From Savitreella phatthalungensis (Eukaryota), in the NCBI GenBank assembly GCA_051599415.1, contig AP039691.1:496001-560000 (forward strand): a stretch of DNA of 64,000 nt, written 5' to 3'. Both the position numbers and the translations under genes were made by a program. Below the pieces are notes generated by a model. It saw only the letters and a list, made by a program, of their open reading frames with translations. It made no database searches and had not been told where the DNA came from. This document shows, one piece after another, positions 54,093-64,000 of the stretch; position 1 is the first letter of the stretch; each line of letters begins with the position of its first letter.

Positions 54093-55808
54093 CTAGAACA
54101 AGGTGGCCATGATGGATGTACCGTCAGGTGCTTTTGAGTGCTTGTAGGTGAAGCCTGCGAATGCAGTCTTCTTCAGGTTGGACTCCCTGTCGGCGAGACG
54201 TTCGAGAGCTGCCTGCTTCTCGTGCACTTCCTTGTACTTGTTCATGTCCTCCTCGTTCTCAAAATCGTCAAAGTACCCGTGGTCGGTCTCTGACCGGAGT
54301 GCGGGCTTGAAGGGCACCCTGAGGCGGCGGAGGGTGGAGAAGTCACCGTAGACGCGGTAGTAGGGGTGTCGTTTGACATCTTCGATCGAAGTCGGCCGGT
54401 CACGAGCGTCTGCGACCACCCGGGTGATCATCGACCACGCATCGTCGAGCAGGTTGAATTCCTGGTGTTCGGGTGCCTCGTAGTGTGGACGCTTCAGATT
54501 GTCACGCCACCGCCGGAGGTTTTCCCACGTGTGGTTGACGTTCTCGCCAGAGAACGGTGGGAATCCAGCAAGACATTCAAACAGGATGCACCCGAGCGAC
54601 CAGTAGTCCACAGACTTGTCGTACTTCTTGTTGGCCAGGATCTCAGGCGCCATATAGTCAGGCGAGCCGACGACGGAGTGTGCCATGGCCGGGTCGTGCG
54701 CGCGGAGTGAGCGATACATGCGCTGACGCTCGACCGTTGAGTAGTCCGGCATCTGTCTGCCTTCTGGTGCAAGGGTAGCCAGCTTGTTGCGCATCTCCGC
54801 AATCCTGCGCTCGCTGATGGCGCCTGCAGCGAGGCCAAAGTCAGTGAGCTTGATGTGGCCAGATGCAGAGATGAGAAAGTTCTCAGGCTTCAGGTCGCGG
54901 TGAATGTATCCGAGCTTGTGTAGTTCGTCGACGGCAACAAACATCTCTGCGGTGTAGAAGCGGGCGTGGGGATCGTGGAGGACGCCCGAATTGGTGAGAA
55001 GGGTGCGAAAGTCGCCGCCTGCGACGTACTCCATTGCAAGATAGACTGATCGTTGGTCCTGGAACGAGTAGAGCAGCTTGACAAGCCACTCTGACCTGGC
55101 GTTTGTGAGGATGTCACGCTCGGTCAGGATATGACGAATCTCGTCCATCTTGTGGAGCAAGGCCTTCGACATGACCTTGAGCGCGACAATTTCTTTGGTG
55201 TCGCGCTTGCGTGCGAGGTGGACGCTACCATAGCCTCCCTGGCCTACCTGGGCAAGGATGTCAAAGTCGCTGTGCTTGATCTTGGTACGACGCTTTCGGA
55301 GGAAGGCACGCTCCTTTCCAGTGTGTCGTTTCCATTCCTTGGCGTAGACATCATGGTCATCAGTGGCGTGTCGTGACTTCCAGTGCTTCAGACGGATCGA
55401 CCTGTTCTCGATCTGTTCAAACATGTCCTGATAAAAGTCAAGGAAGAAGAGCTGACACGTGCGCGACAGACGCTGTACTTCCTTGGATCGCAGGATTTTG
55501 AGTTCAAAGTCGTCGAGCACGCGATCGTTGGGATTCTCGGGTACGGGCGTCGAGGACTTTGTAGGAGATCTGCCGCCTGGTGGTGTAGCCGTTGCCTGTG
55601 TGGTTGTGACGGCAGGTTTCGACGCACGGACGGGCAAGCCCGAGATGCCGAGACGAGTCGGTGAGCGATCTCTGGAGGAGGTTGAGCTAGGACTTGGACT
55701 AGATTCCTTCTTTGGCGAGAGCTTCAGATGTGCGAGGCCTGCTCCTACCGAATCCATCACATTTGACTGGACTGCTGCCAACTTTGGCGAGTCAAAGATC
55801 GGTGACAT
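54093..55808 (-). CDS. sid2: NDR-family kinase Sid2/Dbf2
   Basis: ERAFLRKRR, QVGQGGYG, EIRHILTERDIL, HSVVGSPDYMAPE and hydrophobic motif FAGFTYKH. Confidence 0.93.
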   Translation of the reverse strand: MSPIFDSPKLAAVQSNVMDSVGAGLAHLKLSPKKESSPSPSSTSSRDRSPTRLGISGLPVRASKPAVTTTQATATPPGGRSPTKSSTPVPENPNDRVLDDFELKILRSKEVQRLSRTCQLFFLDFYQDMFEQIENRSIRLKHWKSRHATDDHDVYAKEWKRHTGKERAFLRKRRTKIKHSDFDILAQVGQGGYGSVHLARKRDTKEIVALKVMSKALLHKMDEIRHILTERDILTNARSEWLVKLLYSFQDQRSVYLAMEYVAGGDFRTLLTNSGVLHDPHARFYTAEMFVAVDELHKLGYIHRDLKPENFLISASGHIKLTDFGLAAGAISERRIAEMRNKLATLAPEGRQMPDYSTVERQRMYRSLRAHDPAMAHSVVGSPDYMAPEILANKKYDKSVDYWSLGCILFECLAGFPPFSGENVNHTWENLRRWRDNLKRPHYEAPEHQEFNLLDDAWSMITRVVADARDRPTSIEDVKRHPYYRVYGDFSTLRRLRVPFKPALRSETDHGYFDDFENEEDMNKYKEVHEKQAALERLADRESNLKKTAFAGFTYKHSKAPDGTSIMATLF

Positions 55809-56898
55809 TTTCAGAGGGATAGCAAACGTTGATTAGCTATGAAAACCTGAGTTCCAGATGTATAGAGTGGCTCCAGGTGACTCGACTGTCCGGTCCTGGA
55901 AGGGGGTTGGCGTGGATGTTGTTGGCGTGGAGAGAGTGAGAGAGAGGGAGAAGGGAAGAGAGGAGAGTTGAGATGGATTGCTTTGTTGACTTTTTCGTAT
56001 TATGATTTTTAGAGTTGAGATTGATCTGATCAGAATCACGTGCAAAAGTCTTCTTTTCATCAATTCCGTGTTTTATGTGGCTCATGACATCTGTGAATCT
56101 CAAGTCTGTGCATCTTTTGAATATTCAGCTTAAGGTCAGAGTCGAGTCACTGGTGAGATGCACCATTATTTCACTTGAGTTTTTATAAGAAATTCACTCC
56201 AGCATATCTTTCTTTCTACAACTTTGGATTCGTTCTTCTGGTAGTTGAAGTGCCCTTGTCCATCTTCCATCATCTTCCAAATATAGACAGACTACGGGAA
56301 TGAATTCCTTCTACTGGTCAGAGATGCACTTCGGATCGTTTCTTCGAGACGGATAGTTACCGCACCTCGCGGAAAGTCAGACCTCATTCAGATAGTAGCA
56401 CGGGCTATGGCGAGCTCAAATCTGGAAGCTGTCTGATATTCAAAAGTGTGATTTCACATAGAATAGATACGTGGATGGATCTTGAAACGGTGTTGAGCTT
56501 TTTCTTTTATAGGTTGAATCTGAAAGTGGTCTAATCGTTGTGGATAGTTTTCCAATAAATCGAATCTGAAACGTCTCGTGTCTATTTTATTTCCACTGCC
56601 CCAGATCGTGTCTGAATCGATTCTACCTGACTCGATTTGATTTTTTTTTTCGCCGTTCGGATGTTCGCTCCAAGTGTACGAATCAGATCTATAGCAGCAG
56701 AGGCTGTAGAAGAAGTAAACGTAAGAAAGTATCTGAACGGCAGTGGCGGAATGATACAGTATGGATGATGAACGAATGCATATGCTGGTGAAATCGGCGA
56801 AGCTTCAATAAAAGGATGCAGGAAATCCCGGTGAAAGTTCGAGATCTGTCTGAATTTTGAATTTCAGATGATCCAAACAGCCGTGGCATCCTCGCTTT

Positions 56899-56948
56899 AC
56901 TCACTCACTTACTCACTCAGTCACTCAGTCACTCACTCACTCACTCAC
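56899..56948. repeat. Imperfect (TCAC)n tetranucleotide repeat
   Basis: actcactcacttactcactcagtcactcagtcactcactcactcactcac, read directly. Confidence 0.85.
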
Positions 56949-57261
56949 AGTGTGTACGTACAGTACGTCACTGTATAGACCTCTCACTCGCCATCCACCT
57001 TTTACTCTCAACATCACACCACACACGCACACACACATCTACGTACACGTTCTCTCTCACGCGCGTCGATTGACCTATTCACTCAGTATCCATCCGAATC
57101 TGTCGAGGTCGATCCACTCACTAATCCAACGATAATCACCAGACCTTCAACTAGCCTCCGGTCCATCTGATTCCCGGGACAGTCTGACCTCCCTTCTCCC
57201 TTTCAAGCTGGCGTTCAGATTAAACCTTCTTACAAGGGCATTCTCCACCGCATCTCGCAGA

Positions 57262-58686
57262 ATGGCTCCTGTATCCTCAAACACCTCCCAAGAGGCCTAT
57301 GACTACCTCGTCATCGGCGGTGGTTCTGGTGGTTTAGCCTCCGCCCGTCGGGCAGCAGGCGTGTATGGACAGAAAGTAGCAATCGTCGAGGGTAGTGGTC
57401 GCCTTGGTGGTACGTGCGTCAACGTCGGATGTGTGCCGAAAAAGGTCATGTGGTACACTGCCGACCTGGCGTCCAAGCTAAGGGAAGCACCCGAGTACGG
57501 CTTCACGGACGTCAGGCACGATGCAAAATCCTTTGACTGGAGCATGATCAAGAACAAGCGTGACTCATACGTCAAGCGTCTGAATGGCATCTACGAGAAG
57601 AACCTCGACAAGGACAGCGTCGAGTGGATCTCCGGGTACGCCAAGTTCACAGGCAAACCAGGAGAGGTCGAGGTCGACATGCATGATGGCAGCGGAAAGA
57701 AGACCGTGTCTGCGAAAAAGATCCTGATTGCCGTCGGTGGTGCACCTAACAAGCCGTCCGGCATCCCAGGTGCAGAGCTCGGCATCAACAGCGACGGCTT
57801 CTTTGAGCTCGAGAAGCAACCCGAGCGAGTGCTCATCGTCGGCGCAGGATACATCGCCGTTGAGTTTGCAGGCATCTTCAACGCTCTCGGCAGCCAGACT
57901 CACATGTTTATCCGCCACGACAAATTCCTCCGGCCATTCGACCCGCTCGTCCAGGACACAATCGTAGAAAACTACGAAAACGACGGCATCAAGCTCCATC
58001 GGAAGACGAACGCAACAAAACTGGAAAAGACCTCGTCTGGACGCATCAACGTGACTTATAAGTCCGAGTACGATGGCGAGTCATCGATCGAGGTCGACAC
58101 GGTCATCTGGGCGATCGGCCGGACGCCAGAAACCGACCGTCTGAACTTGGAGAGCGTGGGGGTGAAGACGAACAAGTCAAAGTATGTGGAGGTGGACGAG
58201 TACCAGAACACGAATGTCGAGAACGTATACGCGCTCGGTGACGTGTGTGGCAAGGTGGAGTTGACCCCTGTGGCAATTGCTGCAGGACGGAAGCTGGCAG
58301 ACCGTCTGTTTGGGAACCAGCCCGACGCAAAGCTCGACTACGACCTGATTCCATCAGTCGTCTTTGCACACCCTGAAGTCGGCAACTGCGGCCTCACACA
58401 GCCGCAGGCAGAAGAGAAGTACGGCAAGGACAACATCAAGGTGTACACGGAGACCTACAACGGCATGTACTACGCCGTCCTCGACCACAAGGTTCCCACG
58501 AAGCTCAAGATGATCTGCGCCGGGCCAGAAGAGAAAGTCGTCGGTCTCCACATCATTGGACAATCGATGTCAGAGGTCCTCCAGGGATTCGCAGTCGCCA
58601 TGAAGATGGGAGCTACTAGAAAAGACTTCAACGCTTGCGTCGCCATCCACCCAACCTCAGCAGAAGATCTCGTCCTCCTCAAGTAG
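57262..58686 (+). CDS. GLR1: Glutathione reductase
   Basis: GGGSGG, GGTCVNVGCVPKK, GAGYIAVE, LTPVAIAAGR and AIHPTSAED motifs. Confidence 0.97.
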   Translation: MAPVSSNTSQEAYDYLVIGGGSGGLASARRAAGVYGQKVAIVEGSGRLGGTCVNVGCVPKKVMWYTADLASKLREAPEYGFTDVRHDAKSFDWSMIKNKRDSYVKRLNGIYEKNLDKDSVEWISGYAKFTGKPGEVEVDMHDGSGKKTVSAKKILIAVGGAPNKPSGIPGAELGINSDGFFELEKQPERVLIVGAGYIAVEFAGIFNALGSQTHMFIRHDKFLRPFDPLVQDTIVENYENDGIKLHRKTNATKLEKTSSGRINVTYKSEYDGESSIEVDTVIWAIGRTPETDRLNLESVGVKTNKSKYVEVDEYQNTNVENVYALGDVCGKVELTPVAIAAGRKLADRLFGNQPDAKLDYDLIPSVVFAHPEVGNCGLTQPQAEEKYGKDNIKVYTETYNGMYYAVLDHKVPTKLKMICAGPEEKVVGLHIIGQSMSEVLQGFAVAMKMGATRKDFNACVAIHPTSAEDLVLLK

Positions 58687-58805
58687 TGTTCAAAACATCT
58701 GTAGTCCACTCTCCATACCAGTCTGCAATTGTCATACAATTTTCTTTCATTCATCCGTACGTACATACATCCGTGTCAGCCCTGATTCAACGTATCTATC
58801 GTTAC

Positions 58806-59822
58806 CTAAGCGAACGGACGATTACCGAATCCGAAAGCTAGTGTAACGCGTGCCTGCTGTTGTTGCTGCTGGTGGTGGGTGGGTGGTTGGGATGGATGGG
58901 AGTGAGCGAGGAACAGTTCAGTGATGGCGTTGAAGGCTTCTCTTAGGGGTGACGGCGTGGGATCAAGGTGTAGGCGCAATCGATCTAGCCCAGACGCAAG
59001 CGTTCCACGCAACTCGCCATCCATCACACCGCTAACAGCCAGCCTGAACGCAGACTGCCATGCGCCACCAAGTTCCTCGACGGCCTCGCGCTTCGCCAGG
59101 TTGTGGTTCGGGTTGGCCCAGTGTGGGAATCTGGTGACGATGGCGGTGGCTGCGTCTAGGAAGTCGAAGGTGTGCTCTGGGTGTGTGGTGGCGGTGGAGA
59201 GGAAGTGGGAGAGGTAGTCTGAGAGGGCGAGTTGGAGGTCTCGAAGACGCGGGAGCACGCGGTTATACGCGTACTCGCCAGACCGATCGCCACCGAGTGG
59301 AAACGCCTCGTTCACGCCACGCTCCATCGCGTGCAGCTTCGCCAAAGCATCAGAAACCGTCACCGGCGACACAACCTTGTACACCTCACCCTGCAAACCA
59401 GGGTGCCGAGCACACAGCTCATACAGCACCCGTTTCAAGCTAGCACGGTCCAAATCGTCCAGCAGCCGATCAAGCGGCAGCGGCCGTCCCTGAGGTAGAG
59501 CGCGCACGCGCTTTGTCGATCCTGACGGTGAGCTGAAGAGTGGGGTGTGGTTGTGTCCGGGGGTTGAGCTGCCGTCGTGAGAGGTCGGTTGGTCGGAAGA
59601 CGAACCTAGATCCATGTCATCCGGACCACGCTTCCGCTTCCCGATCATGGATGAGGTAGACGGCGATGAAGGCTGGCGAGCGTACATGTTGGTATTGGCG
59701 GACGCGCTCACGGTTGGCCGTCCAAATCCGCCATCCTGAACGCCAGCCATAGCTTGGCCGTGAGGATGGAGACCGTGTCGATGGACTGACCGAGGGAAGG
59801 GGAGGTGGATCGGTGATTCCAT
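58806..59822 (-). CDS. cut8: Nuclear proteasome tether Cut8/Sts1
   Basis: GKRKR NLS, GRPLPLDRLL, FPLGG...EYAYNRV and PHWANPNHN motifs; ATG at 59822. Confidence 0.88.
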   Translation of the reverse strand: MESPIHLPFPRSVHRHGLHPHGQAMAGVQDGGFGRPTVSASANTNMYARQPSSPSTSSMIGKRKRGPDDMDLGSSSDQPTSHDGSSTPGHNHTPLFSSPSGSTKRVRALPQGRPLPLDRLLDDLDRASLKRVLYELCARHPGLQGEVYKVVSPVTVSDALAKLHAMERGVNEAFPLGGDRSGEYAYNRVLPRLRDLQLALSDYLSHFLSTATTHPEHTFDFLDAATAIVTRFPHWANPNHNLAKREAVEELGGAWQSAFRLAVSGVMDGELRGTLASGLDRLRLHLDPTPSPLREAFNAITELFLAHSHPSQPPTHHQQQQQQARVTLAFGFGNRPFA

Positions 59823-60079
59823 GCGAACCAAAGCAGATCTACTGTGTCTGTCACTCCCAAAGGAAGAACGGGACAGAACGACCTTTTCACCTTTGTGTTA
59901 GAGAGGAATGGAGGGCAGCGCGTGGTTGTATCTGATACACGCTTCGCGCGCTATCCCAATCAAATCACAGAGACTATGCAGGTGTGTCCGACTGAGTCTG
60001 TGACAGTCTCACAGCGAGCCGGCTTGTGTCTGTGTCCTGTGATATAGCTATCTTGCGTGTAGTCCTGTAATGGAGAGGA

Positions 60080-60670
60080 AGTGTGATGTGTATACGCTTG
60101 CGTATACATCCGTATGCACACACACACACACACACAATCACACATGTGTGTGTACGTGTGTCTAGCTATGTGCTCGTACGTGTGTGTATGAATGTCTGGG
60201 TGTGGGCGAATTGAATGCCAGCGCTATTAGATTTCTAGGTAGAGTAATTAGCGGATATAATGATCTGCTATATTCTCAATTCGTCATGCATGCCAAGGAA
60301 GAATTCAATTTATGATCGAATTTCCTGTCAAACGTTATAGAAAATGATATTACAATACCCTTGACTGGATATTGTATTTGAGAATCCTCTGAGCTTCGTA
60401 ATGCTGCGGATTCTTGATCCATAATAATTGAATTATTTGATTGAATAAATCTAGTTTGAGGGGCGATTGGTGGATATCCAACCACAATGCGCAAGTCCTA
60501 AACGCACCTACGTCAGTCTCTAAACATACACACACACACATACACACACAAAAACACATACGCACACACACATACACAGCCATACGCACATACACCCATA
60601 TACACACAAATAGATGCACACTAACACAGATGCACACACACATACGCATATATAGACGTATACGCAAGTA
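60080..60670. repeat. Alternating purine-pyrimidine (TG/CA/TA) low-complexity tracts, including (CA)10 at 60117-60136
   Basis: Direct reading: a mostly TG-rich block at about 60080-60205 and a CA-rich block at about 60520-60670. Confidence 0.8.
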
Positions 60671-60987
60671 TACCCTGGACAGTACAGCGTAAAGATTTAC
60701 AGGGCATTCGCAAATCCTCTAATCATCAGTTCACTTCTCGCCTAGTCTCCATCAAACTTGCGCTGACAGGTCCATGTTTATAAGGGCTCGCTGATTGAAT
60801 CTATCAGTCTGTCTGCCTAAGAGTCAAGGCGTTCCACTGAATCCGCTTGTAGATAAACCCGGAGAAGCTTACAGATCGATTATTCCCCTTGGAAAAACCC
60901 GTACCTTCTTCGCTTCCTTCCTAAGCTCATCCGCATATTCTGGTTGTCGAATTTTGACAAGCTTCCGGAAGCTCATCCTCAGAAGGC

Positions 60988-61578
60988 ATGACTGAGATGC
61001 ACGTAAATCACTATCGCCTGCGCAAGGTCAGCGCCGCGCAGGAAAAGCCATGCTCGGTCTGTTATCGACCTACAGATTCAGTTCTCATGTCAAAGGACTC
61101 GAAAGACTGGTTCTACGTGTGTACTGCGCATCTGAAGCAGGGTTTCGCCACGCCAGCTGTTGACGAAGCAGCTGTTGCTGCTGCAGAGAAGGAGAGACAG
61201 AAACAGGCAGAAATCGCACGTGTCAAGGCAGAATACGAAGCAAAGCAAAAAGCTAAGCGTGACAAGGCCAAAGATGATGATGGAAAGGACAAGGATGAGA
61301 AGAAATCATCTGGGGCTGGTATCGGTGGCTGGATCAATTATCTCAAAGGCTCAACTGAAAGCTCCTCCCAGGACGACAAGGCCAAACCTACAACAGCGTC
61401 CACTTCAAGTGTGACATCGTCCAATGTCGCACCTGAGAGCAAGGAATGGATCCTGCATCGGACCGTCTACAACCATCGGTGTGAGCTCAAGCAGCAGGCT
61501 GCGAGAGAAAAGGCCAAAGCAGAACAGTGGAAACAGCTCCAATTTCCTTCAGCGCCGACGGGTTCTCTCAGCAAGTGA
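60988..61578 (+). CDS. VFA1: Vps4-associated protein 1 (DUF1742)
   Basis: NHYRLRKV...KPCSVCYRPT...DWFYVCTAHL...FATP, then ILHRTVY and FPSAP motifs. Confidence 0.85.
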   Translation: MTEMHVNHYRLRKVSAAQEKPCSVCYRPTDSVLMSKDSKDWFYVCTAHLKQGFATPAVDEAAVAAAEKERQKQAEIARVKAEYEAKQKAKRDKAKDDDGKDKDEKKSSGAGIGGWINYLKGSTESSSQDDKAKPTTASTSSVTSSNVAPESKEWILHRTVYNHRCELKQQAAREKAKAEQWKQLQFPSAPTGSLSK

Positions 61579-62753
61579 GGATCAATTGCTGTACAGAAGA
61601 CATTGACGATCGAGAACAATACAGTTCCCAGGTCAGTGATGTCAGAGGGTAACGCGGCAAGTCACGATCACGCTCCTCCTCAAAATCATTTTAGAGCTTC
61701 TGATCGAAACTGCTGGTGAACATTCTTCTGACTCTGGCTGGTACACTCGATCCCCGTCTCCCATACACCACTCTCTGAAAATCTTGTCCTCCAGATCTAA
61801 GCTATTTCGAGCGATCGACTTATAAAAAATCATACTCGAGCAATCGCAGCTGAATGGCCAGGTTCGCCACCGTCTCGGGTTATGTTTCCGGTACTAAGGT
61901 CAACCGAAGTCGAGCGCTGGTACGGTATGAAAACTTTTGAAGCCACCGAAGCCACTGGAGTTCATCTAAGCGAGTATCCAGTTCTTTGACTCCAGCTTCA
62001 ACCTCGGCAGAGGCTTCTTCTGCGCCTCACTCAGACTGCATACCCCCGTTTGGAGGTCAAATCTAAATTTGGCTTTTCTTTTTGGATCATCTCAGCTTGA
62101 TAACAATCTAGACGTGGAGCAACGTCGAACAAGACTCCAGGATTCTTCATTCCTTCCGGCCGGAGATCATACCAAGGAGTCGGGAGCTGGCTCCGTAACA
62201 CCATTCAACTAGTTCAATTGGCTCTGGCCAGCTAAGATCCACAACCGAGAGACCGATAGGCAGGAACGGTCAAGGGACTTCGAATGAAGAAGCGATCGAG
62301 GTTTCGGTGGGGCTCTAATACTTGCTGAGGAAAAGTTCAGGACCCACGGGGCTAACAAACACGGTTACCGAGCTAAGCTGGAGAAGGAGCAAGTCCAAGT
62401 GAAGCCGTTCCTCTCGACAACAGAACTCGCTAGTATCACACTCACGTCCTCGAGCAGCTCAGCGTGTCACGCGTCCTGACAGTGGTAAAGATTGTCGTCC
62501 TGTCGAACAAACTGTCGCAGCATAGGCATCTCAAGCATAGTCACCAGCCTCGCCTGTCACATATCAACTATTCGACTCGTGACGTCGACCGCGGTCATCC
62601 TCGCGCATGCAAAGCGTGACCCGTTGAACTTCCTGTCTATTGGCTTTCACAATCCTTTGTCCCTGTCTGACTGCGTAGTCAGGGACTCGGACTCCCAGTC
62701 AACGGGCTGTAAGCATCTGTACAGCATTCGTAGACTGACATCGCTACTCTACC

Positions 62754-64000
62754 ATGGACATGGCAACGCCTCTGACACAACGCTTCGAGCCCGGCTGGGT
62801 GGTGGCCAGTTATGTCATCTCGTGCCTTGGAGCTCTGACAACCCTGATCCTGCTCAAGAACAAGTCAGCACGGCACGGACTCCGGAAGTGGACCACTTTG
62901 TCGCTCGCCAGTGTAGCTCTTGGAGGTATCGCCATCTTCTGCATGCACTTCCTCGGCAATCGAGCCATCATCGTGTCCGGCGCTCAGGGTAGAACACAGC
63001 TTCATTACTCGTCCGCAATCGTCATTGCTTCTTTCATTCTTCCGACTGTCGTCATCTTCATGGCGTTCATCATGATGGGTGCGACCGACGAAAAGGATCG
63101 GTACAGATGGGTCAAGCTCATCTTTGGCGGTACGCTCGGCGGAGGAGCTGTCGTGGGTATGCACTACTGCGGCGAAGCAGCCATTGACAATCTCATCGTC
63201 AGCTTCCGGCCTGGTTTTGTCATTGGCAGTGTTGTCATCGCTCTCGTGGCGACAAATGTTGCGCTCGTCATCTTCTTCATCCTCCGCAGGTTGTGGCAAG
63301 ATTCGTGGTCGAGACTCTTTGGTCTCGCCCTTCTGATCGCTGCCGCCGTCACATCTATGCACTTCACCGCAGCCGCAGGCACAGTCTACCACTACAAGGC
63401 CGGCACAGATGCCATCACGAGCACGAGTACGTACCGGGGGCTGCTGATATTCGTGCTCGTAGTCTCGTGCTCCGCATGTCTCATTCTCATCACCTACGCT
63501 CTGCTTGACATGTACAGAATCGCCAAGCGACGAGCTCGCGCATCCAAAATCGTCCTTGTCACGGCAGTTTTCGACGATAGCGGTCGCATCCTCGTTAACG
63601 ACGTCGACGGTACCCTCCCGTCTCAGCTCGTCACCGACACCTATGTCGAGTACACCATGGCTGACTCTTTCGACACATCCTCATACATGTATCGGTGGCT
63701 GTTCGAGGCGAGTGCGCACTTCCGGCTCGTCGCGCCGTTGATACCACACATGCGCTCCGCCGTCAAACGAAGACTGCAGGAGACCGCAGTCCATGACCTC
63801 TCCAGACAGGAATTCTCCAAACTCTTCCGTCAGCAATTCTGCATCTCGGCACGCGACCTGGCAGACCGAGTCAACATACCACTTCAAAATATGGGATTGT
63901 GCTATGACAAGATCCTCGTCACAGGCGGAGGCGACTCGACTGAAGCGCCGCTCATCGACGGCAAAAAGCTGACGGAAGTTGACATTCAGGATCTCGAAAT
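62754..64000 (+). CDS. MHYT-domain integral membrane signalling protein, 3' end beyond the window
   Basis: ATG 62754 gives MDMATPLTQRFEPGWVVASYVISCLGALTTL...GGIAIFCMHFLGN...VGMHYCG...TSMHFTA, three MHY/F repeats. Not in the ORF track, consistent with no stop before the window end. Confidence 0.88.
   Translation, partial: MDMATPLTQRFEPGWVVASYVISCLGALTTLILLKNKSARHGLRKWTTLSLASVALGGIAIFCMHFLGNRAIIVSGAQGRTQLHYSSAIVIASFILPTVVIFMAFIMMGATDEKDRYRWVKLIFGGTLGGGAVVGMHYCGEAAIDNLIVSFRPGFVIGSVVIALVATNVALVIFFILRRLWQDSWSRLFGLALLIAAAVTSMHFTAAAGTVYHYKAGTDAITSTSTYRGLLIFVLVVSCSACLILITYALLDMYRIAKRRARASKIVLVTAVFDDSGRILVNDVDGTLPSQLVTDTYVEYTMADSFDTSSYMYRWLFEASAHFRLVAPLIPHMRSAVKRRLQETAVHDLSRQEFSKLFRQQFCISARDLADRVNIPLQNMGLCYDKILVTGGGDSTEAPLIDGKKLTEVDIQDLE

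Noticed and set aside
20370..55808. SIN genes cdc14 and sid2 in one window, and likewise ARC18, ARC19 and AIP1, as functional clusters
   Set aside because: They are separated by 12 kb or more of unrelated genes; chance co-location is adequate without synteny evidence.
58684..58704. Stop-codon readthrough of GLR1 giving a peroxisomal tail (CSKHL)
   Set aside because: TAG-T is a poor readthrough context and KHL is not a canonical PTS1.
1..64000. Transposons, viral insertions, CRISPR arrays and secondary-metabolite clusters
   Set aside because: No transposase, reverse transcriptase, integrase, terminal repeats, repeat-spacer arrays or PKS/NRPS motifs were recognised.

Overview
Gene-dense, intron-poor eukaryotic (fungal) chromosomal DNA. 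The gene set (SIN-type Cdc14, Sid2, Cut8, an Hda2/3- or Ccq1-like protein, UPF0652, a dispersed 5S rRNA gene) is most consistent with an early-diverging ascomycete (Taphrinomycotina-like); this is inference. About 37 protein-coding genes are supported, mostly housekeeping (RPB7, TFB2, ALG13, HOM6, CTK1, VPS39, ARC18, ARC19, SED5, NPR3, GLR1 and others), plus BTA1 betaine-lipid synthase, a PurU-type deformylase, a TmpA-like flavoprotein and an MHYT sensor. The ORF track misses or truncates several items: a Zn2Cys6 factor running off the left edge, an MHYT gene running off the right edge, five spliced genes, and three RNA genes (a snR79-like C/D snoRNA, a 5S rRNA and tRNA-Ala(AGC)). The most notable observations are an AUG-less mitochondrial presequence upstream of GLR1, a transcription factor with two Zn2Cys6 clusters, a prodomain-less subtilase with altered active-site motifs, a tRNA-Ala with G37, and a snoRNA that may lie in an intron of a non-coding host. 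No mobile element or CRISPR array was seen, and I cannot demonstrate a wholly new multi-gene system. All family assignments come from motif recognition by eye, not from database searches.
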